A stretch of 64,000 nt of DNA, taken from positions 1 to 64,000 of IMG/VR virus record IMGVR_UViG_3300033182_000487; one strand, 5' to 3'. Below are positions 36,262 to 46,323 of this stretch, piece after piece. The DNA is from a virus. Each line of letters starts with the position of its first letter. Position 1 is the first letter of the stretch. A model generated the notes under the pieces. It was not told where the DNA came from and ran no database searches. It was given only the letters and a program-made list of their open reading frames with translations. The position numbers and the translations under genes are program-made.

Positions 36262-38898
36262 ATGATCCCCTCAGACATCCAGCCCCTGATCCGCCTGGCC
36301 GCGACCCTCCCCGTAGGATCACTCGACCGCCGCACCATCCTCGCCTCCTTGAAGAAGCAGGCCGCGTTCGCGGACGACCTCGTTGCACGGGTGGACGTGA
36401 TGTCGGGGTCCATGGGCGGCAAGGACGCGGACCGTGGCCCTCTGTTGAAGGCCGTCCAGGCCGGGCTCCCGGAGAGCGTGTTCAACCTGGAGGAGTTCAC
36501 GGCTGAGGCGTTCCCTCGCTACGGGGTGACCTCCCTCGACGAACTCAGGAAGGCCGAAGACCTCACCGACGAGGACCGCGCCGAACTCAAGTCTCTGGAA
36601 GACCGGATCAAGCCTTTCAGCGCCATGGTCGCGAAGGTGGAGAAGTGGAGCGGGACGAAACTGGGGCAAGACCTCGCCGAGGGTCTCAGCCTGGTCTCCG
36701 GCAAGACCGACCACAAGTTGCGCGAGGCCGTCTGGGCCGGGGTCGCGAAGGGGATGCACGGCGACGTCGAGAAGTTGGAGTCTGGACGGCGCGTCGTCAC
36801 TGACACTGGTCGGGGGTCACTGACCACTCCTGGAGCCCTGGGCACCGAGCCGGAAGACCTCGTGCAGGTGATGCTGGCGGGCGGCATCGAACTGCCGGGC
36901 ATGATCTTCGACAAGAACATGTCGGACAAGACCTACTACGAGGGCGTCCGTGTCCGAGGCACGTTCAAGCCCCGGAAGGAACTGTTCAAGCCGGGCACCA
37001 GCGTCTACACGCTGGCTGGCGCGAAGATCAAGCCGACGAAGATCTCGGAACTGAGGTCGGTCCGAGGCTACGCGAAGTCCGTGGCTTCGACCACGGCCAT
37101 CGACTGGAAGCGGTCGGTCCACATCGGCACCGAGTACATCCTGGCCGAGGGTGATGCCAGTGCTCCTGATCCTGAGCACGCCATGAACATGGGCGGCAAG
37201 GTGAGCCTGGAGTCCCTGCTGGGAGCGGACCTCATTGACGGGGTCACGGTCAGCAAGCAGATGACTCTGGCCCGGTACTACATCAAGAAGATCCGCCAGG
37301 TCATGAAGCGCGCCCTTCCCAAGGGTGTGCAGGCTGCGGTCTGGGAGGCTGTCGCCGAGATGATCACGAAGGGGATCAACCCCTGGAAGGGTCAGGGTCG
37401 CGGTGGCGAGTTCGCCGTTGACTACAACGCCATCGAGAAGTTCCTCGACACCCGTGACGGGCAGAAGATCCTCGACGAGAACGAGATCACCGCCGACTCG
37501 ATCAACAAGAACAACGTCCAGAAGAACTGGGTCCGGGTCCGCGAGAAGATGCTCAAGGCCCTCTCGCAGTTGAGCGACGATGATCTCCTGGCTTCCATCC
37601 ACCTGTCCCTCGCGGCAGGCGGGATGGTGGACGACGTGCCCGAGTACATCAAGAAGATCAAGCGCGACAAGGATCTCTACCAGACCTACATCAGCGACAT
37701 GCGGAAGTACGGCTCGACCCGCGTTGCGGAGCAGGTCGTCAAGCGTGCCGCCGAGCGCCGCGCCATGATCCGGCTCGCAGCGACCCTTCCCGTGGGATCA
37801 CCGGAGCGTCGGGCCATCCTCGCTGGCTGCGAGAAGATGAAGTCCCCGGCCATGCAGGAGTCCTGCGAGGCCATGAAGGCTGGCAAGAAGCCCGGCAAGG
37901 GCAAGGCGAAGTCCGACGACAAGAAGAAGGACGACGGCAAGATGCCCGCCGAGTTGCTGGAGAAGTTCAAGGCGAAGAAGGCCGCTTCCGGCCCTCACCC
38001 CAAGGGTCGCAACTGGAAGGACAAGGGTGGTCGCTGGGTGTGGGCAGGCTCCGATGGTGATCCTGCATTCACCGTGGTCGAGAAGTCCGCTCCGTTCGGC
38101 TCCTACTACAAACTCCAGATGCTTCTCCCCGATGGGGGCATGTACGCCGCTGCGAACCAGAAGACCGAGAAGGAAGACCTGTTCAAGCGTGCTGCGGAAC
38201 TCTACAAGGCGTGGGGCAGCGCAGCCGGGTTCAACCTGAGCCGCCAGCCCGAGCGGTGGAGCAAGATGGCTGGCAAGGGCGACGTGCCCGACGCTCTCAA
38301 GAAGCACCAGTTCACCTCCGAGGACAACCCCAACCCAAAGGGCAACGACAAGGACGGCGACGGCAAGTCCAACGAGCCGAAGCCCGCTGGCCTCAAGGGC
38401 AAGAAGGCTGGTCGCGCTTCCGGTCAGATCATGGCCGAGATCACCAGGTTCGCCGATGCGTTCCTCCCCTCCCTCACCAGGAGGGTTCCTGTGGAGTCTC
38501 TGGGTGATCCCAAGACCTTGAAGCAGATCCAGAACTCGTTGGTGTACGCGATGTCCGATCTGGCGAAGGACGTGGTGATGGAGGAGCGTTTCGGACCCAA
38601 GGGTGGTGGGCAGTACAAGCGGCAGTTCGGCAGCGTCCTGTCCAACCCTCCCCCCTTCTCGTCGCAGACCGCTCACTGGTTTGAGGAGAACCGTGACGCG
38701 CCCAAGTACACCGCTGCATGGAAGGCGATGTCCGGTTGGGCTGCACGGGAAGGCATCTCTCTCGATGCTGGTGCCCGCATCCGTGCCGCAAACAGCAAGA
38801 AGGCCGCGCTGATTCGCCTTGCCGCCGCTCTCCCGGTCGGCTCCTCCGAGCGCAAGACCATCCTCCGCATGGCCGCCTTGAAGGAGATCCGTCCGTGA
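36262..38898 (+). CDS. Late polyprotein with three tag A copies and a sigma-factor-like domain
   Basis: Tag A at N-terminus, middle and C-terminus; EPEDLVQ, AKSVASTTAIDWKR, region 4-like helices. Confidence 0.8.
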   Translation: MIPSDIQPLIRLAATLPVGSLDRRTILASLKKQAAFADDLVARVDVMSGSMGGKDADRGPLLKAVQAGLPESVFNLEEFTAEAFPRYGVTSLDELRKAEDLTDEDRAELKSLEDRIKPFSAMVAKVEKWSGTKLGQDLAEGLSLVSGKTDHKLREAVWAGVAKGMHGDVEKLESGRRVVTDTGRGSLTTPGALGTEPEDLVQVMLAGGIELPGMIFDKNMSDKTYYEGVRVRGTFKPRKELFKPGTSVYTLAGAKIKPTKISELRSVRGYAKSVASTTAIDWKRSVHIGTEYILAEGDASAPDPEHAMNMGGKVSLESLLGADLIDGVTVSKQMTLARYYIKKIRQVMKRALPKGVQAAVWEAVAEMITKGINPWKGQGRGGEFAVDYNAIEKFLDTRDGQKILDENEITADSINKNNVQKNWVRVREKMLKALSQLSDDDLLASIHLSLAAGGMVDDVPEYIKKIKRDKDLYQTYISDMRKYGSTRVAEQVVKRAAERRAMIRLAATLPVGSPERRAILAGCEKMKSPAMQESCEAMKAGKKPGKGKAKSDDKKKDDGKMPAELLEKFKAKKAASGPHPKGRNWKDKGGRWVWAGSDGDPAFTVVEKSAPFGSYYKLQMLLPDGGMYAAANQKTEKEDLFKRAAELYKAWGSAAGFNLSRQPERWSKMAGKGDVPDALKKHQFTSEDNPNPKGNDKDGDGKSNEPKPAGLKGKKAGRASGQIMAEITRFADAFLPSLTRRVPVESLGDPKTLKQIQNSLVYAMSDLAKDVVMEERFGPKGGGQYKRQFGSVLSNPPPFSSQTAHWFEENRDAPKYTAAWKAMSGWAAREGISLDAGARIRAANSKKAALIRLAAALPVGSSERKTILRMAALKEIRP

Positions 38899-39563
38899 AC
38901 AAGCAAGCACTCCGAGAGGCGTTGATCGCCGAGGGCATGGTGCGTGAAGGCTCCCGCTGGGATGCCTACCCACCCATCAGGGTTCCGCGAAACTGGCGTC
39001 CACCCCACAGCGAAGGCTGCGACGACGACCACAAGGAGTGGGTGCTCCGGGAGTTCCCCAAAGCCGTCGAGACCTTCGCGAAGCGGATGATCATCCCAGC
39101 CCTCAAGCAGCGTGGTTGGCGCGTAACAGATTCGTGGGTCGAGGACGTCGCTGAGGTAGACGAGGACGGCGTTGAACTGATAGTGGAGGTCGAGGGGAAG
39201 GCTGGGCAGACACGCGGCCTCGGTGGACGGAAGTACATCGTCCTTGACCGAAATGTCGAAGACCAACTCACCCTTTACGTCTACCCGGTCATGGAGAACG
39301 TCGAGTTCCACGGCCAGCAGCAGTTCGACGTAGACGAGTTCGCTGAGTGGACCTGGGATGCTGAGTGTCCCGTGGACGAGATCAGAGCCATCCAGGAGGA
39401 GAACGGCTCCCGCGAGCACCCTCCGACACCAAAGGGCGTCCAGACGATCCTGTCCGACTGGGACCGTCTGTGGATCCGCGACAGCAAGGTCCGCTCCAAA
39501 ATCCAGAAGAAGGCCGACCTCCGGGCCATCCTCGCCGAGGAAGGCTTGCTCAAGCAGGGCTGA
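38895..39563 (+). CDS. Acidic late protein with tag B at both ends
   Basis: MNKQALREALIAEGMV ... KKADLRAILAEEGLLKQG. Confidence 0.75.
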   Translation: MNKQALREALIAEGMVREGSRWDAYPPIRVPRNWRPPHSEGCDDDHKEWVLREFPKAVETFAKRMIIPALKQRGWRVTDSWVEDVAEVDEDGVELIVEVEGKAGQTRGLGGRKYIVLDRNVEDQLTLYVYPVMENVEFHGQQQFDVDEFAEWTWDAECPVDEIRAIQEENGSREHPPTPKGVQTILSDWDRLWIRDSKVRSKIQKKADLRAILAEEGLLKQG

Positions 39564-39644
39564 CAGGAAGTACGACTTCCCTCGTGCTCCAGAGCCGGAG
39601 TAGGCTCACGCGGGTACAGTCCCCAGACGAACCTCGGGACTGCT

Positions 39645-40025
39645 ATGCCGACCTACGAATACAAGTGCGAGAAATGCGACCACCGCTTTGAGCGGCTGCT
39701 TCGCATCTCGCAGTACAAGGAACCCCAGGCTTGCCCTGAGTGCGGGCACAGCCCTGCCAAGAAGCAGGTCTCGATGGGGTCAGGCTTCATCCTGCGTGGC
39801 GACGGCTGGGCCGGGAAGAACAACCGGATCAAGGGCCAGATGCGCCGCAAGAACCAGCGACTCAAGGGCAAGGAGGACGAGTGGAAGCGAGACTCCGGCC
39901 CCACGCTGGCCCCCAACGTCGGCGGTGAGCGCACGGAGTCCTGGGCCGACGCCAGCAAACTGGCCGCCTCTCAGGGCAAGGACACGAGCGGCTACGACAA
40001 GTTGGCCCGCAAGGAGAAGAAGTGA
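39645..40025 (+). CDS. FmdB-family zinc-ribbon protein
   Basis: MPTYEYKCEKCDHRFE...CPECG...FILRGDGW. Confidence 0.85.
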   Translation: MPTYEYKCEKCDHRFERLLRISQYKEPQACPECGHSPAKKQVSMGSGFILRGDGWAGKNNRIKGQMRRKNQRLKGKEDEWKRDSGPTLAPNVGGERTESWADASKLAASQGKDTSGYDKLARKEKK

Positions 40026-40255
40026 CGCGGGGTGAAGACCCCCCACACCAACCTCCCGCCCCGAGCGGGATCAAGGACTCGTTCAACAAGTCCTTCCAGG
40101 TGGCCTTCGTCACCACGACCTTCATCATCATCGCCTTCGCAGCCCTCGGGGTCAGGATCGCCCGGCGCTTGAAGCGGGACCGCGAGCGGAACAAGAACAT
40201 CATCGACGCTGAGTGGACCCCGGCGGACGACCCGGATGACCTGATGCTTCGGTAG
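40022..40255 (+). CDS. Small membrane protein
   Basis: One TM helix. Confidence 0.55.
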   Translation: MTRGEDPPHQPPAPSGIKDSFNKSFQVAFVTTTFIIIAFAALGVRIARRLKRDRERNKNIIDAEWTPADDPDDLMLR

Positions 40256-40264
40256 GCTGCCTAT
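40250..40264 (+). promoter_or_regulatory. Class L promoter motif
   Basis: CGGTAggctgcCTAT. Confidence 0.65.
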
Positions 40265-40289
40265 GGCCCCTGTCTGACAGGAGATCACC

Positions 40290-40991
40290 ATGGCGACCCC
40301 TTTCCTCGTTGACCGTTACCCCGGCGTCATCTCGATGGCCGTGAAGAACCGGCCCAGCGTGGCCGAGTACCGATTCGGTGCGGCCAACACCCTCGACAGT
40401 GCGTTCGCTGGGGTCACACCGCTGGAGGACGTCCGCAAGGGCACCTCGTTCCGGTCACCGACTCTGGTGGCCTCGTCGCTCAACCGCTGTGCTGACTCTC
40501 GCACGGGGCAGACCCGCTTCTCGGTGAACATGGACGACTACGCCTCGGCTGCTGTGCCGAGCGATGCCGCGATGGCCTTCTTCCGGGTCCAGGAGATCGA
40601 CCACGCCGGGAACATTCGCCCTGCTGGGCCGATCATGGTCGTCCCTCCCCCCTACCTCAACACGTCGCCGTACCGCACTCTGTCCTTGACGGGCACCGCC
40701 CCGGACCTGACTGCGACGGCGACGGGGCTGCCCCCGGCAGGAGCGATGGTGATCTCGCTCCCCGTGCATGTGGATGATCTCACCATCTACAACGACGATT
40801 CAGCCAACCAGAACAGCCTGTTCATCGGCCTGGGACCAGGACAGCAAGAAATCGAAGTCCCCTACAACACGAGCAACGTGAGCGGCCCGGACATGACCCT
40901 GCCGTTCGGCGGCTCCGTCATCTACATCCGAAGTGCCAGCGACGTAGTACCTTTTCGCCTGACCATGACCCTTGTGGCGGGTCTTCGATAG
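40290..40991 (+). CDS. Putative structural protein
   Basis: Beta-rich composition; class L motif upstream. Confidence 0.7.
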   Translation: MATPFLVDRYPGVISMAVKNRPSVAEYRFGAANTLDSAFAGVTPLEDVRKGTSFRSPTLVASSLNRCADSRTGQTRFSVNMDDYASAAVPSDAAMAFFRVQEIDHAGNIRPAGPIMVVPPPYLNTSPYRTLSLTGTAPDLTATATGLPPAGAMVISLPVHVDDLTIYNDDSANQNSLFIGLGPGQQEIEVPYNTSNVSGPDMTLPFGGSVIYIRSASDVVPFRLTMTLVAGLR

Positions 40992-41048
40992 TCATTCAAT
41001 ACTCGCCCCAAAGGGTGAGGACCACAACCTTTCCACTGGAGAATCCCC

Positions 41049-41777
41049 ATGGCCAACGAAGCATACATCTACCGCCTTCGCACCGACCTCGGTTCGGGCG
41101 CGATCCAGATCACCGATCTGCTCCCCAACACCTCCCGCCGAGCCTTCTCGTACCAGTCCTACGGACAGAGCGGTTACCTGCCCGCCACGGCTCCCGGTGT
41201 CAGCGCGACCAACCCCACCGATGATGGTGGTGGTGCTGGTGGCGTGACCACGAACGACAGCACGGGCCTCGCCGCCTACATGCTCGGCAACACCAACGAC
41301 GGCACCAGTGGCCGGCAGATCACTGCTGCACAGGCCATCGCCGCTGAGACCACTCTCCTCGGCGCGTTCGCTTCGGGCACTCAGGTCACTGAGGCCGAGA
41401 TCGAGGCTGCGCTGACAGGTGCTGGCTGCGGTGCGGACACCCTTCCCTTCCCGTCGCAGATCCCCGGCAGCGTGTCTGGAACCGCTTCCTCCGCTGGTGG
41501 TGTGGCTTCCGTGGGAAGCCGGAACGACTTCTACAAGGCGCTTTTCAGTTCCTACACGCTCCCCACGGGCTCCGTCTCGGACGCCACGACTGCGCTGGTT
41601 GCAGCGCAGGGTTCGTTCGACGATGACGACTACCGCCAGTTGTACATGTCTGGCGCGATGGCGATCTCCCTGGGACAGGGCGACCTCGCCACCTACTGCG
41701 ATGCCTCCTTCACCTACGGTGGTGTCGCTGGCGCTGCTGCTGTGGTCTACGGACCCGGCGGACTCGTCGTCTCCTGA
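41049..41777 (+). CDS. Putative structural protein (Gly/Ala/Ser/Thr-rich)
   Basis: GGAG RBS; class L variant CGATA-N6-CAAT at 40986. Confidence 0.7.
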   Translation: MANEAYIYRLRTDLGSGAIQITDLLPNTSRRAFSYQSYGQSGYLPATAPGVSATNPTDDGGGAGGVTTNDSTGLAAYMLGNTNDGTSGRQITAAQAIAAETTLLGAFASGTQVTEAEIEAALTGAGCGADTLPFPSQIPGSVSGTASSAGGVASVGSRNDFYKALFSSYTLPTGSVSDATTALVAAQGSFDDDDYRQLYMSGAMAISLGQGDLATYCDASFTYGGVAGAAAVVYGPGGLVVS

Positions 41778-41868
41778 TCTTTAGAGGGGGTGGTCCTCAC
41801 CTCTCCTTTCCTGTGTCTGAGGCTCCGGGGGTATCTTGCCCTCGGAGCCTCGCTCGTTTGGGATGGAG

Positions 41869-42114
41869 ATGCCCGCAACCCCCTACCGCACCAAAGACCT
41901 CTACTTCTCCGCGTACCTGCGCGTGGCGGGGGTGCCGTTCCTGGGTGCGGAGCGCCAGGACGACGGCAAGGTGGTCTTCCTGTTTGAGGATCTGGGCCCT
42001 CCGGCCATGCGTGATCTCAAGCGGGGCTATTTCTCGGACCAGGCCAAAGTCCCGGCCATGTCCTTCGTGCAGATGATCCGGTCCATGAAGTCCCTCACCT
42101 ATTCGACCCGGTAA
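41869..42114 (+). CDS. Small phage protein (DUF5659-like)
   Basis: YRTKDLYFSAYL...VVFLFE. Confidence 0.6.
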   Translation: MPATPYRTKDLYFSAYLRVAGVPFLGAERQDDGKVVFLFEDLGPPAMRDLKRGYFSDQAKVPAMSFVQMIRSMKSLTYSTR

Positions 42115-42116
42115 CG

Positions 42117-42144
42117 GGGGGTGCGCCGTCTCGGGCGATGGGTA
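42117..42144 (+). promoter_or_regulatory. Class M promoter motif
   Basis: GGGGGT-N17-GGGTA. Confidence 0.65.
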
Positions 42145-42153
42145 TGACGGGGC

Positions 42154-42633
42154 ATGGCACTTCCCCTACAGGTCATCGAAGGCATCTTTTGTGAGCGTGA
42201 CGGCGCTTGCGTGGTGACCCGTCCGGGTGAAGCCGACATCAACGTCAACGACGTCCTGGCCGAGTTCGTCGGGAGGCTCGTGGAGATCAACCTCCACCAC
42301 TTCCCCCTCGACATCAACAAGGCGGCCCCCGGCGGGGGATCATGCCTTTGGCACGGGCACTGTCCCCATGGCCACCAGGAGCGTCCCGGCTGGCTGTTCC
42401 ACCAGAAACTGTCCGGCACTCTGACCCTCACCGACACGCACGAGTGGGACGTCGGGGGGACTCTCCTCGACCTGAGCAAGATGCCGGGACATCAGGGGAG
42501 ACTGGTCCTGCTGGACGAGGACGCCATCAAGCCGCCCGAGCCAGGAGATCAGAGGTCCACCGAAGACCTGCTCCGCGAGGCACAGGCGATGGTGGACCTT
42601 CTCACAGGTTTCCAGAAGGTAGTGAAGCCATGA
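42154..42633 (+). CDS. Hypothetical protein
   Basis: ORF translationally coupled to recD2. Confidence 0.7.
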   Translation: MALPLQVIEGIFCERDGACVVTRPGEADINVNDVLAEFVGRLVEINLHHFPLDINKAAPGGGSCLWHGHCPHGHQERPGWLFHQKLSGTLTLTDTHEWDVGGTLLDLSKMPGHQGRLVLLDEDAIKPPEPGDQRSTEDLLREAQAMVDLLTGFQKVVKP

Positions 42634-44873
42634 GTCAGGTGTACAGCGGTCGGGTGACCTCGGTCATCTACCAGTCCGAGGACTTCCGAATCCTCAAGGC
42701 CCTCATTGACGGAGGGAAACCCCAACCCGTGACCGTGCGAGGTCACTTCCCGGCGCAGAACGTCGTGCTGGGGTCATGGGTGTCCTTTGAGGCGAAGTGG
42801 ATCAAGCACGCGCAGTACGGCAACCAGTTGACCGTGACCCGGAGCCCCGTGTTCGTGAAGTCGTGGTCGGACGACCGGGTGTTGTCTGCGCTGTCGGCCA
42901 ACCAGGTCGGACCTCAGTTGCGGCTCCAGTTGCAGATGTACGCGAAGGGCGCAGGCATGGACCTCGCCGATGCGCTGGACGCTGGCCTTGAGGGCATGGA
43001 CCTGGAGGCATTGACGAAGCAGTACGTCGTGGGGCGCTGGAAGGCCCTCCGCACCCACCTGGACGCGGCTCAGTTCCTCTCGGACGCTGGTGTCCCTCCG
43101 AAGGTCATCGGCAAGGTCTGGTCCGCCCTGGGCGAAGACCTGGAGGAGAAGATCACGGAAGACCCGTGGATCCTCGTCCGCGTCGGCGGCATCTCCTTCA
43201 AGGAGGCCGACGAGGTCGCCATGCGCCTCGGCGTGGACGTCAACAACCAGGGCCGCATGAACGGTGCGGTCCTCACCGCTGTGCAGGACGTCGCCACCGA
43301 GGGCCACGTCTACGCTGGCACAGGGCAGATCGTGAACGCGGTCGGGAAGATGCTGTCCGGCACCCCTGACCCAAAGGCCGTGGCCGCTGCCATCAAAGAC
43401 CTTCACGCCAGCAAGCAGTTGTCGGTGGTGCGGGACTTCGGTGGGGTCGCGGTCTACGAGCCGTGGGTCGAGGAGATGGAGCGGTCCTGTGCCGACATGC
43501 TCCTCCGACGCCACGAGGACGCGGCATCACCGCTGACCAGAGAGCACGTCAACGCCGAGTTGGACAAGTGGGCGCAGGGCCGCAAGGTCACCCTGACCGA
43601 CACCCAGCGGCTCGCGGCGCTCCGTGCCTTGACGGACCCCATCAGTGTGCTCACCGGGCTTCCGGGCACAGGTAAGACGACTACGCTCCACGCCATCGTG
43701 TCCGTGTTGAACGACGCCAGTGTGCCCTTCCTGCTCGTGGCTCCCACGGGCATCGCAGCGAAGCGGCTGGCGACCGTCACCTACTCGGCTGCTTCGACGG
43801 TCCACCGGGCTTTCAGCGCAAAGGGCTGGAGCGACGAGGAGCGGGAGGCCACCTACGTCGGGATCACGGGCGCGGCGGAAGCGAAGCGCGGCACGGACAC
43901 GAAGGGAGAACAGTGGGGCTACGGGCCCGGCAACCCCCACCCCGCACAGGTCGTGATCGTGGACGAGTCCTCGATGCTCGATCTCCACATGCTGTACCGA
44001 CTGCTCCAGGGCACGTCGGACGAGTGCAGGCTGGTGTTCGTGGGCGACCCCTACCAGTTGCCCAGCGTCGGAGCGGGTGACGTGCTCCGTGATCTCAGGG
44101 ACAGTGAGCGTTTTTCGCACACCCACCTCCACGAGATCTTCCGGCAGGACGGCACCTCCAGCATCGTCACCGCCGCACACGCCATCCACGCAGGCAAAGC
44201 CCCGGACATGACGGACCGGGACTTCATGCTGATCACCACGGACGGAGATGACGACGGGCTGGAGGCCCGCATGGTGATCCGCAAGATCGCGACCCGGCTG
44301 TTCGACAAGCGCGAGAACTTCCAGGTGCTCTCACCGCGCCACAAGGGAGAGGCTGGGGTCACGAACCTCAACGAGATCCTGCGGATGTCCATCAACCCGC
44401 CCAGCCCTGGCCGCGCCGAGAGAAATCTGGCCGGGGGCGTCGTCCGGGAAGGCGACAGGATCATGGTCATCAAGAACGACTACGAGCAGGGCGTCTACAA
44501 CGGCGACGTGGGCAAGGTCCACATGATCGACCACCGCAAGAAGCGGCTGTCGATCCGGGTGTTCGGCCCTCCGGGTCAGCCGGAACAGGAGGTCACCTAC
44601 GACCTCACGAAGGGCACACCCCCGATCCGGCTCGCTTATGCACAGACCATCCACAAGAGCCAGGGTCAGGAGTACGACATCATCGTGGTGCCCATGCTCA
44701 AGACCTTCGGCTGGCAGTTGCAGCGCAACCTGCTCTACACCGCCATCACCCGAGCGAAGAAGCGCGTGTTCATCGTCGGCCACGCCGACGCCGTGATGAA
44801 GGCGGTCCGAAACGACCGTGCAGACCAGCGCAACACCCACCTCGCAGCCCGCTTGAAGATCAAGGGGGGTTGA
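42630..44873 (+). CDS. recD2: RecD2-like SF1 helicase
   Basis: GLPGTGKT, APTGIAA, VDESSM, GDPYQLPSVG, IFRQ, YNGDVG, TIHKSQGQE, LYTAITRA. Confidence 0.93.
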   Translation: MSQVYSGRVTSVIYQSEDFRILKALIDGGKPQPVTVRGHFPAQNVVLGSWVSFEAKWIKHAQYGNQLTVTRSPVFVKSWSDDRVLSALSANQVGPQLRLQLQMYAKGAGMDLADALDAGLEGMDLEALTKQYVVGRWKALRTHLDAAQFLSDAGVPPKVIGKVWSALGEDLEEKITEDPWILVRVGGISFKEADEVAMRLGVDVNNQGRMNGAVLTAVQDVATEGHVYAGTGQIVNAVGKMLSGTPDPKAVAAAIKDLHASKQLSVVRDFGGVAVYEPWVEEMERSCADMLLRRHEDAASPLTREHVNAELDKWAQGRKVTLTDTQRLAALRALTDPISVLTGLPGTGKTTTLHAIVSVLNDASVPFLLVAPTGIAAKRLATVTYSAASTVHRAFSAKGWSDEEREATYVGITGAAEAKRGTDTKGEQWGYGPGNPHPAQVVIVDESSMLDLHMLYRLLQGTSDECRLVFVGDPYQLPSVGAGDVLRDLRDSERFSHTHLHEIFRQDGTSSIVTAAHAIHAGKAPDMTDRDFMLITTDGDDDGLEARMVIRKIATRLFDKRENFQVLSPRHKGEAGVTNLNEILRMSINPPSPGRAERNLAGGVVREGDRIMVIKNDYEQGVYNGDVGKVHMIDHRKKRLSIRVFGPPGQPEQEVTYDLTKGTPPIRLAYAQTIHKSQGQEYDIIVVPMLKTFGWQLQRNLLYTAITRAKKRVFIVGHADAVMKAVRNDRADQRNTHLAARLKIKGG

Positions 44874-44892
44874 TCCCTTTCCTGGTTGGGTA
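44865..44892 (+). promoter_or_regulatory. Class M promoter motif
   Basis: GGGGGT-N17-GGGTA. Confidence 0.65.
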
Positions 44893-44938
44893 AGAGCAGG
44901 AACCGCCTCGCCCGAGGCCGGACAACATGGAGGATCAG

Positions 44939-45376
44939 ATGGCTGATCAAGCACACCTCAAGCACATCAAGGACACCGTGGACCGCGTGAAGGGCAAGAT
45001 GCGGATCACGAAGGTCGTCGCCACCCGTGCCGTGAAGACGAAGCAGGGTGACTTTTTCGCTGGCATGAGCGCCGCATGGGACACCGTGCAGGACGACGCT
45101 GGCGGGATGGGCGCTGACACCGACGTGTCCGTGGACACCGCCGACACCGCGTCCTCTGGCATGACCATGCAGGAAGCGCAGGTCGCCCACATCCTCCTCT
45201 CGATGGAGGCCAGCATCGCCGCGTGGCGCGCTGCCCTCTCGGACGGAGCCATCAGCGAGAACCGCTTCGACGGCAAGGTCCGTGACGTGAAGCGCAACGC
45301 GCTCGCCCACCTCTCCCGCATCCTGCCGAAGCAGGAAGCGAAGGCGATGGTGGATTCCACCTCGCAGGTCGCGTAG
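44939..45376 (+). CDS. Hypothetical protein
   Basis: GGAGG RBS. Confidence 0.7.
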   Translation: MADQAHLKHIKDTVDRVKGKMRITKVVATRAVKTKQGDFFAGMSAAWDTVQDDAGGMGADTDVSVDTADTASSGMTMQEAQVAHILLSMEASIAAWRAALSDGAISENRFDGKVRDVKRNALAHLSRILPKQEAKAMVDSTSQVA

Positions 45377-45384
45377 GAGGGACC

Positions 45385-46206
45385 ATGACGGAAGAAGCCC
45401 CCGCTCTCCCCGAGATCAGCGTGAACGTGGTCGAGTCGGTGTTCCGCCGCCTCTCGACCATGGAGGTCGAACTCGACAACGACCCGCTCCAGTACGGACC
45501 CAAGCGGTTGAACGGCAAGGTGGCCGAGGCACGAGGGATGCTCACCGAGTGCGAGGGCGTCTACCTCAAGGTCTCCCTGTGGCTCCAGAAGTACCGGGCC
45601 GCGCACCGCACCCTCGCGATGGAGATGGACCTCGCGAAGAAGCACCTCTACGCCAACGACCCGGAGGTCCGGGCTGGTAGAAATGTGGCCGACCGTGAGG
45701 CCCTCGCGACGATGAAGTTGCGGGATCAGGCTCGCTCGCTGTCCGCCGTGGCTCAGTCTCAGGAAGACCTGGAGGCCATGCTCACCGTCGTGAAGGCGAA
45801 GCGAGCAGACCTCAAGGACGTGCAGGGACGGCTCCGGGATCAGATGAAGTTGTGCCACGAGGAGATCAGCCTCGGCGGACGCTGGGGCAGCAAGCCTGCG
45901 CCCGGCACGAAGGCACCGGATCTCGACGAGGCTCCCAACGTGGACAAGAAGACCCTCCGTGATCTGCATGAGATGTTCACGGGCGACCGCGCTGCGGAGC
46001 CTGACCTCGCTGCTGTGGTCCCTCCCGTGGAGGAGGCCGCACCCGAGGCCCCCGTCGAGGAGCAGGTGCAGGATGATCCCCCCGCACAGGAGACCAACGG
46101 GCTGATCGACGAGGAGGCCGACGAGTTCCTCGCAGCCATCGAAACCCCTGCCACTGGCAAGGATCTCAAGAACCTGGACGACCTTCTGGACGACCTCGAC
46201 CTCTAA
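45385..46206 (+). CDS. Helical protein with acidic tail, possibly a UvsY-like recombination mediator
   Basis: Coiled-coil N-terminal half, NVADREA, acidic C-terminus; next to SSB and RecA. Confidence 0.5.
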   Translation: MTEEAPALPEISVNVVESVFRRLSTMEVELDNDPLQYGPKRLNGKVAEARGMLTECEGVYLKVSLWLQKYRAAHRTLAMEMDLAKKHLYANDPEVRAGRNVADREALATMKLRDQARSLSAVAQSQEDLEAMLTVVKAKRADLKDVQGRLRDQMKLCHEEISLGGRWGSKPAPGTKAPDLDEAPNVDKKTLRDLHEMFTGDRAAEPDLAAVVPPVEEAAPEAPVEEQVQDDPPAQETNGLIDEEADEFLAAIETPATGKDLKNLDDLLDDLDL

Positions 46207-46217
46207 TCCAGCGGCAG

Positions 46218-46245
46218 GGGGGTTGATCCCTCTGCGCGTTGGGTA
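46218..46245 (+). promoter_or_regulatory. Class M promoter motif
   Basis: GGGGGT-N17-GGGTA. Confidence 0.65.
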
Positions 46246-46323
46246 CAACCCCTTTGGGCGCACCAAACATCAACGCTTCATCAAGCACATGACCTTTCAC
46301 CCGCGCCCTGGAGACACAACACC

